This document shows positions 1 to 9,228 of a stretch of 64,000 nt of DNA, piece after piece. Each line of letters starts with the position of its first letter. The first letter of the stretch is position 1. The DNA is from an uncultured Gammaproteobacteria bacterium (GTDB lineage Bacteria; Patescibacteriota; Microgenomatia; Levybacterales; GWA1-39-11). The notes under the pieces are model-generated. The model ran no database searches. It was not told where the DNA came from and saw nothing but the letters and a program-made list of their open reading frames with translations. The translations under genes were made by a program, and so were the position numbers. The stretch is taken from positions 15,369 through 79,368 of the forward strand of contig CAYRUR010000005.1 in assembly GCA_964427615.1 (NCBI GenBank), written 5' to 3'.

Positions 1-142
1 ATGTTAATAAACCAACACTACCACAACGGTTTTTTCTTTTGGTAAAGAAAGTATATAAAAAGACATTTTTATATCATTTCTTTACCATTCTTACCTATGA
101 ACCTTGATGCTAGCATTTGAGAGAGGGGTAAGGGGGTGAAAT

Positions 143-445
143 ATGAGATATATGCATGACAAAAAGAAAGATTTTATAACTACAGCTGGAATTGGGCTTG
201 CCGGAATGGCGGTAGGAGCTATTATCGGCTCGGCACTCTCTAACAAAGATAATAGAGAAAAAGTCAAGGACGCAGGAGAAAAATTCATGAGAAAAATGGG
301 AGAAATGAAAAAAAATGGCGTGTTTGATGAAGTAAGACAAAAAGCCGAAGAAATGAAGGAAGAAGCCCGAAAAAAATATGAAGAGGAAAAGAGAAAGGCA
401 GACGAGTATGCCGAAAAAAAGAGCAAAGAATACGATCTAAAGTAA
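143..445 (+). CDS. Small YtxH-like/general-stress-type membrane-anchored coiled-coil protein
   Basis: GLAGMAVGAIIGSALS hydrophobic segment followed by a K/E-rich helix; GGGGTGA SD-like motif upstream; start could be 152. Confidence 0.6.
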   Translation: MRYMHDKKKDFITTAGIGLAGMAVGAIIGSALSNKDNREKVKDAGEKFMRKMGEMKKNGVFDEVRQKAEEMKEEARKKYEEEKRKADEYAEKKSKEYDLK

Positions 446-472
446 AGGGCGGAAGAAGTTACCAGTTTTTAA

Positions 473-646
473 ACTCCGATTTGATCGGGGTGAAGTTTTC
501 TTTTGCAAATCGCACCCTAAAATTCTAAGCTATAAATTTTGCCGTCATCGCGGAGGAAGGATAGTTCCTGTGGCGATCTCTTTTCGTAAGGGGATTGCTT
601 TATAAACTTTACGAACTTTATAACTTTACCCCGAGTTGATCGGGGT
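473..646. repeat. Palindromic repeat cluster (two ACYCCGA-TTG-ATCGGGGT hairpins flanking a REP-like element fragment)
   Basis: Hairpins at 473-491 and 628-646; 543-600 is a near reverse complement of 9925-9983. Confidence 0.8.
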
Positions 647-730
647 TTATAAACTTGTTGTCTTCCAACTCGTTAATTCGTTAATAACTAATAAATAATA
701 ACCTAATCGCTAAACACTTTTCTTCCTGTC

Positions 731-1993
731 TTATACAAAAAAACTAATACACAAGAGAATAGAGGCAGTAAACATGACAATAGTAGTGGTCCATCCAATA
801 ATATTTACTCGTCTTGTGTTTTGATATCCTCTCATTATTTTCGGATCATTTGAAATGAACATAATAAGTGCTAAAAGTGGCGGAGCAATAATGCCATTGA
901 GTACTGCCGTGTAATACAGAATTTCAAAAGGTTTTATAGATAGAAAATTGACGGTAAGACCGATGAGAGTAGCTATGGTAATTACTCCATAAAATCCATG
1001 CGCCTGATTCAATTTTCTATAAAGACCAGCATTCCATCCAAAAGCTTCTGAAACGGCATACGATGCAGAACCAGCTAGCACAGGCACTGACAAAAGACCA
1101 GTACCAATAATGCCTAAAGCAAATAGAAATGCAGCAAAATCACCTGCAACAGGCCGTAGTGCTTGTGCTGCCTGATCTGCTGTTTCAATATGCGTAATGC
1201 CTTGCATGTGGATGGTAGAAGCAACAGTTGTGATAATAAAGAACATGATGAGATTGGAAAAAAGCATACCGATCATGGTATCTTTTTGCATGTGAGAGAG
1301 GTCCTTTTTAGTAATTTTGGGAATTCCTTTTCCCATCATGCGGAGTTTATGTGTTGCAATCTCTTCTTCTACAACTTCATTGGCTTCCCAGAAGAAAAGG
1401 TAAGGGGAGATGGTAGTTCCTAAAATTGCAACGATATTAAAGATATAGGCTTTATTTAGCTGAAAACTTGGAATAAGGGTTGATACAAATACTGTTTTCC
1501 AATCAATATTCACAACAAAAGCTACCAGAACATAGGCAAGGAGGGAAAAAGCAAGAAATTTAAGATACTTAGCATATACCTGGTATGAAACAAAGACTTC
1601 CAAAATAAGCGTAATGACAGTCATCACTATCAAAAGCAAGGCAAAAGGAAGGTCAATAAGTAATCGTGCAGAAGCAGCCATAGCTCCCAAATTAGCTCCA
1701 ATATTAATTGCATTTGCTATCAGTAATAAAAGAATAGTAGGGTAAAGAATTTTTTTAGAATAGTGTTTTCTAATCACCCCTGAAAGGCCGTTTCCGGTAA
1801 CCATCCCAATTCTGCCACATGTTTCTTGGATTACAGTCATGAAAGGAAAGGAAAAAAAGGCAAGCCACAGTTGAGAATAACCAAACATTGCCCCAGTCTG
1901 TGCATATGTGGCAACACCCGAAGGATCATCATCTGCTGCACCAGTAATAAAGCCTGGACCTAACCCTCTAAAAAATTGTTTTATTTTTTTCAT
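731..1993 (-). CDS. Nramp-family divalent metal transporter
   Basis: GPGFITGAADDDPSG motif, GTTISPY motif, about 11 TM segments; ATG at 1993 preferred over 2053. Confidence 0.88.
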   Translation of the reverse strand: MKKIKQFFRGLGPGFITGAADDDPSGVATYAQTGAMFGYSQLWLAFFSFPFMTVIQETCGRIGMVTGNGLSGVIRKHYSKKILYPTILLLLIANAINIGANLGAMAASARLLIDLPFALLLIVMTVITLILEVFVSYQVYAKYLKFLAFSLLAYVLVAFVVNIDWKTVFVSTLIPSFQLNKAYIFNIVAILGTTISPYLFFWEANEVVEEEIATHKLRMMGKGIPKITKKDLSHMQKDTMIGMLFSNLIMFFIITTVASTIHMQGITHIETADQAAQALRPVAGDFAAFLFALGIIGTGLLSVPVLAGSASYAVSEAFGWNAGLYRKLNQAHGFYGVITIATLIGLTVNFLSIKPFEILYYTAVLNGIIAPPLLALIMFISNDPKIMRGYQNTRRVNIIGWTTTIVMFTASILLCISFFV

Positions 1994-2043
1994 TCCTTTA
2001 TGTATTGTGTAACAAAATGTTTCTTTTCTGCAATATGCAATTA

Positions 2044-2442
2044 TTATTTGCAAATATACTCACAAATAATATCTATTGTCTCTTTGTTCCCTTGCTGCAA
2101 TTTTTGTAAATCAGTAATAACTTTTTGAATTGCAGCAGTTGAAGAGGTGAAATTTTCCGAAGTAATATTGGCAAGCTGGCTTTGTGCATTCTGGATAATC
2201 TGCTCAACATCTTTTTTTGTCGGAATTTTTACGTTTTCCGGAGGCGTATACTCTTTGGGAATAGCATGAGAACTGGATTTTTCAAGAGAAGAAGTATCAG
2301 ATGGCCATAACAACATACCTGCAGCAATAAGCATCACTAAAATGATAAAGGCTATAAAAAGACGAGGTTTACTCCACTGTTGCTCTACCACCTCTTCTTT
2401 GAGTGTTTGTTTTTCCCCTACATTTTTTTCTATCTTTTTCAT
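2044..2442 (-). CDS. Hypothetical single-pass membrane protein
   Basis: 132-aa ORF with one TM segment and a C-terminal CxxxC. Confidence 0.65.
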   Translation of the reverse strand: MKKIEKNVGEKQTLKEEVVEQQWSKPRLFIAFIILVMLIAAGMLLWPSDTSSLEKSSSHAIPKEYTPPENVKIPTKKDVEQIIQNAQSQLANITSENFTSSTAAIQKVITDLQKLQQGNKETIDIICEYICK

Positions 2443-2543
2443 TTTTTACTTAAAGATACTTTTATTATGGGGAAAAATTACAGTATTCGTCAATGGAGGG
2501 GATTAGTGTATAGTGATTAGAAAATTAGTAAAAAGTTTGTAAA

Positions 2544-2937
2544 GAAATCAGAGAACGGAAAACAAGATTCAGGATTTAAGATTTAGGATTCAAGAATAAG
2601 TATAAAATATTGGACAAAAAGTCAAAGCTTAGAAATCAAAATTCAAAAATACATGTCAAAAGTAAAAAGTTTGAAATGAGATACTGGTTAGGATGAGCCC
2701 AAACTAGACATGTCATCCTGAACTTGATTCAGGATCCAGGAAAAAAAGATATAGATTCCAAATGCAGTTTGGAAAATTACAGGCTTTGTAAAGGCTTAAA
2801 GTAAAACGAAGCTTTTAACTTTTAAACTGTGCTTTGCTATACTCAGCATCCTGAGCTTGTCGAATGGATACTTTTGCCTTTTGACTTTTGAGTTTTTAGA
2901 TTTAACATTTAAGCTTCTTTATTTTACATCCTGAATC
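2544..2937. repeat. Mosaic of heptamer tandem repeats and palindromic elements
   Basis: GATTYAR heptamers 2566-2593; TCAAAA(G/T)-type tract ~2614-2672 with complementary TTTTGAC/TTTTAAC tract ~2812-2900; hairpin ATCCTGAA-CTTGA-TTCAGGAT in 2711-2781; ATCCTGAGCTTGTCGAA at 2848. Confidence 0.75.
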
Positions 2938-2967
2938 TGCTCATGATACAATCATGAGGTATTTATT

Positions 2968-3981
2968 ATGGAGAACCTCAAAGAAAGAGCCGAAATTTTG
3001 TTAAACCGTATTAATCTTGAAGAACGGCAAACAAAGATAAGAGAGATAGAATCTCTTTCTATGGATCCTCTCTTTTGGCAAGACACTCAAAAAGCAACAG
3101 AACAAATGAAAACGTTAGCTGCTTTGCAAAAGGAAGTAGATGATGTTGAAAAAATAAGACAGCTGCTTGAACAGGAAAAATATGAAGAATTACAGTCCTT
3201 AGTAGAAGAGTTAGAGCTTTTTATTTACCTTTCAGGAGAATACGATAACCACAATGCAATTCTTTCCATTCATGCAGGGCAAGGTGGTGCAGATGCTATG
3301 GATTGGGCCTCTATTTTGTTTAGGATGTATTCTCGTTACTGTGAGCGCAAAGGCTGGAAGTATGAAATCATTGACTATAATGCAGGAGAGGAAGCAGGGA
3401 TAAAAAACGTGAGTCTTTTAATAGAAGGTGATCATGCTTTTGGATATCTAAAAGGAGAGCAGGGTGTGCACAGACTCGTTAGGCTTTCTCCTTTTAATGC
3501 TGACCATTTGCGTCATACCTCTTTTTCTTTAGTAGAAGTATTGCCCCAAATTGAGGAAGTAAAAGGAGTAGAGATAAAAGAAGATGATTTAGAATGGGAA
3601 TTTTATAGAGCCTCAGGGCACGGAGGACAAAATGTGCAAAAGGTTTCAAGTGCTGTAAGAGTAAAACACAAGCCGACAGGACTTGTAGTTACTGCCCAAA
3701 CAGAGCGGTATCAGGCACAAAATAGAGAATATGCCTTAAAGATACTGAAAGCAAAATTATGGGCACTTCAGGAGGAAAAAAGGAAAAAAGAGGAAAAAGA
3801 AATGAAAGGTGGCTATACGCCTCCCTCCTGGGGAAATCAAATTAGAAATTATGTCATGCATCCATATCAGATGGTAAAAGATACGCGCACAGGACAAGAA
3901 ACAGGAAATGTAGAAAAAGTTTTAGATGGAGATATAGATAGTTTTATAGAAGCAGAGTTAAAGATGGCAGATAAAATATAA
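2968..3981 (+). CDS. prfB: Peptide chain release factor 2
   Basis: SPF tripeptide (RLSPFNA), GGQ motif, WGNQIRNYV; single uninterrupted frame. Confidence 0.95.
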   Translation: MENLKERAEILLNRINLEERQTKIREIESLSMDPLFWQDTQKATEQMKTLAALQKEVDDVEKIRQLLEQEKYEELQSLVEELELFIYLSGEYDNHNAILSIHAGQGGADAMDWASILFRMYSRYCERKGWKYEIIDYNAGEEAGIKNVSLLIEGDHAFGYLKGEQGVHRLVRLSPFNADHLRHTSFSLVEVLPQIEEVKGVEIKEDDLEWEFYRASGHGGQNVQKVSSAVRVKHKPTGLVVTAQTERYQAQNREYALKILKAKLWALQEEKRKKEEKEMKGGYTPPSWGNQIRNYVMHPYQMVKDTRTGQETGNVEKVLDGDIDSFIEAELKMADKI

Positions 3982-4162
3982 AGGTTTCTTCCTTAATTTC
4001 ACCTCATTTATTTTTTTCTTACTATTTGGTCAGCATAAGGTCTTTTTCAAGTGAAAATAGCTACTTTTATTTGGCATTTGATCTACGCTTTTCTACTGAG
4101 AAGCATAGAGCAAATAGCTTGTAAATTATTTTAAAATGTGATTTACTATTAGAGAATTGTTT

Positions 4163-4621
4163 ATGGAAAAGAAACCTGCCGTTCTGCACAATTTTGAAGG
4201 CAAAGCTGCTTCAAATTCTTCTCGAAAAGTATTTATAGTGCTTCTTGTTTTTCTATTACTTGGTGGTCTTACTGGGTATGGTGTGGCTAGCTTTACAAGC
4301 AATGGATCTTCTCTCTCTTCGGACTCAGGTGAATCATCACAAAACAATACTAATATCAAAAAAGGAACAGTGGTAGGTGTGCAAGATGAAAAGACATTTA
4401 CTGATAACGCAGAAGGCGTACTTCGTGATGGAGGTATAGAGGGTGAAGGTACTCATCATCTTGAAAGACCAGGAGGAGAGTCTCAAAACGTATATCTTAC
4501 TTCATCTGTTTTAAATCTTTCAGACTTTGCAGGAAGGAAAATAAAGGTGTGGGGAAAGACATATGCAGGAGAGAAAGCAGGGTGGTTAATGGATGTGGGA
4601 AGAGTACAGGTATTGGACTAA
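4163..4621 (+). CDS. Hypothetical membrane-anchored protein
   Basis: N-terminal TM, Ser-rich linker, beta-rich C-terminal domain; directly upstream of ftsE. Confidence 0.7.
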   Translation: MEKKPAVLHNFEGKAASNSSRKVFIVLLVFLLLGGLTGYGVASFTSNGSSLSSDSGESSQNNTNIKKGTVVGVQDEKTFTDNAEGVLRDGGIEGEGTHHLERPGGESQNVYLTSSVLNLSDFAGRKIKVWGKTYAGEKAGWLMDVGRVQVLD

Positions 4622-4652
4622 CAACTTAAATTAGACTGTTTGCTAAAAACAC

Positions 4653-5408
4653 ATGATTAAATTCCAGAATGTTTCAAAACAATATGGTAAGGAGACGCTT
4701 GTTCTTGACGACGTTTCTTTTGTGATAGATCCCGGAAATTTTGTATTTCTCGTTGGTCCTACTGGTGCGGGAAAGACCACTATTTTTCGCATGCTTATCA
4801 AAGACTTAGAGCCGTCTTCAGGTGATATTTACTTAGGAGATTGGCACTTGGCAAAGCTTTCAGGGAGTAAAATTCCGCATTTAAGAAGAAAAGTCGGAAC
4901 CATATTTCAAGACTTAAAACTACTTATGGACAGGACGGTTATTGAAAATGTGATGTTGCCGTTGATGGTTGCGGGAGTGGGGGAAAAAGAAGCAAAAGGA
5001 AAAGCAGAAGAGGCACTTTTTAACGTAGGGCTTGGTGGAAAAGAAATAAAATTCCCACTGCAGCTTTCAGGAGGAGAAAGACAACGAGTGGCAATTGCCA
5101 GAGCTTTGATTTTTGAACCTGAAGTGCTTTTGGCAGATGAGCCAACCGGAAATTTGGATCTACAAACATCTTTGCAAATCCTTGATCTGCTGGATAGCAT
5201 TAATAAAAAAGGTACAACGATTCTCATGGCAACGCACAACGACACGATTATTGAAAAAACTGATAAGCGAATTTTAATGATGGAGAAGGGAAAGCTTGTC
5301 AAGGATAAAGACGCAAAAAAGAAAGAAAAAGAAGCAGAGACTCCAAAAAAAGAGGAACAACCAGATGAAAAAGAAATGAAAGGAGAAAAGAAACATGAAA
5401 CATCTTAA
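4653..5408 (+). CDS. ftsE: Cell division ATP-binding protein FtsE
   Basis: Walker A GPTGAGKT, LSGGE signature, LLADEPTGNLD, adjacent ftsX. Confidence 0.9.
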   Translation: MIKFQNVSKQYGKETLVLDDVSFVIDPGNFVFLVGPTGAGKTTIFRMLIKDLEPSSGDIYLGDWHLAKLSGSKIPHLRRKVGTIFQDLKLLMDRTVIENVMLPLMVAGVGEKEAKGKAEEALFNVGLGGKEIKFPLQLSGGERQRVAIARALIFEPEVLLADEPTGNLDLQTSLQILDLLDSINKKGTTILMATHNDTIIEKTDKRILMMEKGKLVKDKDAKKKEKEAETPKKEEQPDEKEMKGEKKHETS

Positions 5409-6264
5409 AACAGTTACCAAATATATGCGGCGTTCGCCATATCAGTCTGTTTCGGCAGCATTGATTATGACGCTTACTTTCTTTGCGGTAACCGTGTTTG
5501 CTCTTTTGACGATTACTTCACTGCGTTTCATGAACTATTTCGAATCTCGTCCCCAATTGACTATTTTCTTTACTGAATCAGCAACAGTTGAAGATATTGC
5601 TAACATGAAAGCTCAGTTAGAGGCAACAGGTAAGACATCATCTATACGTTACATTTCCAAAGAAGATGCTCTGAAAATTTACCAAAGATTGAATGCAAAT
5701 GACCCTTTGTTACTTGATTTAGTTACTGCTGAAACACTTCCTGCCTCACTTGAGGTACAGCCTACAAAAGCAGAGTACCTTTCAGACTTAGCACGGATGG
5801 TAAAAGATGCTCCTAATATAGAGCAGATTACATACCAAGAGGATATGGTAAAAACACTTATTGCTTGGATCAACGCATTCAAAGGAATTGGTATAGCAGT
5901 GATTGCAGTCTTGGCAATGGTATCTACTTTTGTCATTTTGACTATTATTGGCATTAAGATAACCGTTAGGAAAGAAGAAATTAATATCATGAAGCTGATG
6001 GGTGCATCTCATTGGTTCATTCGTATGCCATTTTTGGTAGAGGGAATGATTTATGGATTTATTGGTTCACTGCTCGGATGGATTGTGTCTGTCTCTCTTT
6101 TGCTCTATTTCACGCCGACACTGCAAACTTTCTTTAATAAGCTGCCAGTATTTCCTTTGCCTCCTGTAGTGTTGGTAGAGTTGCTGATACTAGAGGTGAT
6201 TTTCGCAAGTATATTAGGGATGTTTGCCAGTTTTATAGCTGTTCTTCGATATTTAAGAACATGA
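5395..6264 (+). CDS. ftsX: Cell division permease FtsX
   Basis: 4-TM topology with large extracellular loop; EINIMKLMGASHWFIRMPFLVEG motif. Confidence 0.9.
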   Translation: MKHLKTVTKYMRRSPYQSVSAALIMTLTFFAVTVFALLTITSLRFMNYFESRPQLTIFFTESATVEDIANMKAQLEATGKTSSIRYISKEDALKIYQRLNANDPLLLDLVTAETLPASLEVQPTKAEYLSDLARMVKDAPNIEQITYQEDMVKTLIAWINAFKGIGIAVIAVLAMVSTFVILTIIGIKITVRKEEINIMKLMGASHWFIRMPFLVEGMIYGFIGSLLGWIVSVSLLLYFTPTLQTFFNKLPVFPLPPVVLVELLILEVIFASILGMFASFIAVLRYLRT

Positions 6265-7475
6265 GGAAGGTATATACATGGATCATCAGGATATTTTTAA
6301 TTGTTGCTGTACCTGTCTTTGTGTTTAAAACAGGGTTAGTCCTTGCGCAGACCACTACTCCTACTCCAACTCCTGATTCATCAAGTAAGGTAGCAGATCT
6401 CCAAAAAAAAATAGATGAGTTAGAAAAAGCGATTGCCCAAAAAAAAGAAGAGGGAAGAACGATTTCAAACCAGATTAGTGTTATGGATAATCAGATACGC
6501 GTAACAGAACTCAGGATTAATGCAACACAGGCAAAAATTAATGAACTGGAAAAAGACATTACCGTTACTAAAGATAAAATAGGAGGACTTGAAGATAACA
6601 TTCATACCTCTGTGTCCACCATGCTCGGAAGAATTACAGCTACTTACACTGTTGGAAGCATTAACCCTTTTGAGATCTTACTTACCTCGGACACGCTTGA
6701 GAATTTCATGAAGCGCTTGACGTATTTAAAAATTGTGCAAGCAGCAGATAAGAAGAACTTATATGCTGCAGAACAGGCAAAAGTAACATATGCACAAGAA
6801 AAAGAAAAGTTAGAGCAAAAACAGCAAGAGACAGAAGATCTGCGTAAAAAATTAGATGAATATACATCCCAAATTGAAGGTGAGAAAGCACAAAAAAAGA
6901 ATCTACTTGATGCAACAAAAAATGATGAAAAAAAATATCAGCAAATGTTGGCTCAAGCAAAAGCACAAATAAATTCCTTTAAGTCTTTTGCAAGTTTTAG
7001 TGGAGGATCTATTCTTCCTGCTCAAGCCAGTCCTGATGGATGGTATTACAACCAACGAGATGAGAGATGGGGAAAAAATACTATTGGTGCATCTTCTGAA
7101 AGAGTTTGGGAAGTAGGCTGTCTGGTAACAGCAACTGCAATGCTTCGTAAACAAAGGGGAGAGAATGTTACCCCTGCAGATGTTGCTGCAGAGCAAAGTT
7201 ACTTTTTTGCAGATACTGCTATGATGTCTATTCCTTGGAATGGTGGTAGATTTACATCTAGAAGTAAGGATATGGGGGCTATTGATAGTAAGCTTGCCAA
7301 TGGAACACCAGTTATAGTAGGTTTGAATGCAGGACCATATGGTACTCATTTTATCGTTCTTAAAAGTGGATCAGGTGGTAGTTATGTTATGAATGATCCA
7401 TGGAATGGGGCTAACCTTAATTTTTCAAGCTACTACTCAGTGGGCCAAATTTTCCAATATGGGTATTTAAATTAG
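6261..7475 (+). CDS. Secreted coiled-coil protein with C-terminal peptidase C39-like domain (putative FtsEX-controlled cell-wall hydrolase)
   Basis: Signal peptide, PcsB/CwlO-like coiled coil, then NQRD..W...GCLVT, HFIV and NDP motifs (Cys-His-Asp). Confidence 0.75.
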   Translation: MRKVYTWIIRIFLIVAVPVFVFKTGLVLAQTTTPTPTPDSSSKVADLQKKIDELEKAIAQKKEEGRTISNQISVMDNQIRVTELRINATQAKINELEKDITVTKDKIGGLEDNIHTSVSTMLGRITATYTVGSINPFEILLTSDTLENFMKRLTYLKIVQAADKKNLYAAEQAKVTYAQEKEKLEQKQQETEDLRKKLDEYTSQIEGEKAQKKNLLDATKNDEKKYQQMLAQAKAQINSFKSFASFSGGSILPAQASPDGWYYNQRDERWGKNTIGASSERVWEVGCLVTATAMLRKQRGENVTPADVAAEQSYFFADTAMMSIPWNGGRFTSRSKDMGAIDSKLANGTPVIVGLNAGPYGTHFIVLKSGSGGSYVMNDPWNGANLNFSSYYSVGQIFQYGYLN

Positions 7476-7616
7476 TTTATTGCTCCAAAAGATTATTGAT
7501 CGCAACTTCCTGGTTTTGCATAGAAATAATCTAGCTTATCATTTCTGTTTTCTACTCATCTAACTAACTTTGAGATTTTTTGCTTCTTGTAAAGATAAGT
7601 TGTAGTATAAAAAGAG

Positions 7617-8474
7617 ATGCGTAAAAAGTTCTTTACACTTCTGGTTTTTACTCTTATTTTCTTTATTTTTCCTTCCTCTCTTTTTGCTGATGAAGGTAAT
7701 TTGGTGATTAATGAGTTTTCATCTTATGATTCGGATGATTGGGTAGAAATATATAACAATGGAGATAGCATTAAAAATCTTTCTGCTTATTTTTTGCAAG
7801 ATGATGCAGGGAACTCTAAGCCATTAACGGGAGAGATACAGCCACATGAATTTGCCGTGTTTGGATTTGGAAAGAGCCTTGATAAGCAGGGAGATATTAT
7901 TAGACTTTTAAGAGTAGATGACGAATCAAAAGATGTAGATAAAGTCGCATATGGAAATGAAAGTGGTGCTGTTGTTCCTGCACCTGAAAGTGGTCAATTG
8001 GCAGGGAGGAAAATAGATGGGAAAGGGGAGTGGGTTATTTTTACTTCTCCTACAAAAGGTAAAACGAATAATGGCGCTCAACTTTTCCCTACTCCCACTC
8101 CAACACCTACGTTGACTCCTACCCCAACAAAAGCAAAAAATACTCCTACCCCAAAAGAAGAAGCAACCCCTACTCAAGTGGCTACTCCAACTGAAACTGC
8201 AAAACAAGAAATTACTTCAAAAAAAGTGCCAAAAAGGCTTTATCAAGTACCAGATGCTATTACTCAAAATGGATCGTTATCTGCTAATCTAGAAGATGTT
8301 TTGTCAGCGAGTGATGATGCTTCACCTGAATCCACAGTATCAACTACTTCTGCAAGAGAAGAGGGAGATGCGTCAGGAAGTGGAAAATTTTTTATCTCAG
8401 CAGGAATTATCTTTTTTATTGCCTGTGCCATCGTGCTTTACCGCAGGTACATAAATGGTTCAGAAGATATATAA
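7617..8474 (+). CDS. Lamin-tail-domain surface protein with PT-rich stalk and C-terminal TM anchor
   Basis: LVINEF...DWVEIYN motif, PTPTPTPT linker, C-terminal hydrophobic helix followed by RR. Confidence 0.75.
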   Translation: MRKKFFTLLVFTLIFFIFPSSLFADEGNLVINEFSSYDSDDWVEIYNNGDSIKNLSAYFLQDDAGNSKPLTGEIQPHEFAVFGFGKSLDKQGDIIRLLRVDDESKDVDKVAYGNESGAVVPAPESGQLAGRKIDGKGEWVIFTSPTKGKTNNGAQLFPTPTPTPTLTPTPTKAKNTPTPKEEATPTQVATPTETAKQEITSKKVPKRLYQVPDAITQNGSLSANLEDVLSASDDASPESTVSTTSAREEGDASGSGKFFISAGIIFFIACAIVLYRRYINGSEDI

Positions 8475-8482
8475 TAAATAGC

Positions 8483-8917
8483 ATGGAAAAGGTTATTATT
8501 ACCAAAACAGAAGAAGAGACACAAAACGCAGCAGCAGAGTTTGCTCAAAGTCTGAAACCAGGAACAGTAATTTGTCTGTATGGAGAATTAGGAGCAGGGA
8601 AAACCACATTTTCCAAAGGTTTAGCTCGCGGTCTTGGTGTATCATCTCGGATTATTTCTCCCACGTTTACTTTAGTTAGACAGCATCAAATACAGGAGGG
8701 AAAAGGGACGTTATATCATCTTGATTTATATCGTCTAGAACGTGAAGAAGATGTACGGGGAATCGGTTTTGAGGAAATGGTGCAGGATAAAAATGGAATT
8801 ATGCTGATTGAATGGGCTGAAAAATTAGGGAAATTACTTCCCTCAAAAAGAATTGATATTCGACTTGAAGCGGTATCTGCTGCTGAGCGAAAAATAAGTA
8901 TTCAAGAAAGAATGTAG
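8483..8917 (+). CDS. tsaE: tRNA t6A biosynthesis ATPase TsaE
   Basis: GELGAGKT, SPTFTL, HLDLYRL, IEWAE motifs. Confidence 0.95.
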   Translation: MEKVIITKTEEETQNAAAEFAQSLKPGTVICLYGELGAGKTTFSKGLARGLGVSSRIISPTFTLVRQHQIQEGKGTLYHLDLYRLEREEDVRGIGFEEMVQDKNGIMLIEWAEKLGKLLPSKRIDIRLEAVSAAERKISIQERM

Positions 8918-9047
8918 CCTCTTTTCCCTCTACTTTTACCAAAGTCAGATTATTGTCAGGAATACGTTTTCTCTTCGTCAAGCACCCTATTCTCTTATCC
9001 GGTATCCTCTTAATCAGATAGAAACAAATGATGGAGGTGAAGGATTT

Positions 9048-9173
9048 ATGTATTTAATAAGACATGATTACAAATATCTCAATAAGTACCTAAATTTCTA
9101 TTTTGGATATATGCAAAAGGAAAACGTCCTTTACAAGAAAGAGAAAAAGCAAGAAAAACAAAAACGTAAGTAA
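9048..9173 (+). CDS. Putative 41-aa basic small protein (not in ORF track)
   Basis: GGAGGTGA SD at 9033-9040, ATG 9048, MYLIRHDYKYLNKYLNFYFGYMQKENVLYKKEKKQEKQKRK, TAA 9171-9173. Confidence 0.55.
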   Translation: MYLIRHDYKYLNKYLNFYFGYMQKENVLYKKEKKQEKQKRK

Positions 9174-9228
9174 GCATTACCTATTATGAAAGCTTTTAAA
9201 TTCTCTCAATTCGTTTATAATATCCCTA

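Noticed and set aside
1-90. Partial gene at the left edge
   Set aside because: Candidate ATGs hit stops quickly; too little sequence to call
2566-2900. Possible CRISPR array
   Set aside because: Repeats are 7-mers and hairpins with no constant repeat-spacer period; no cas genes in the window
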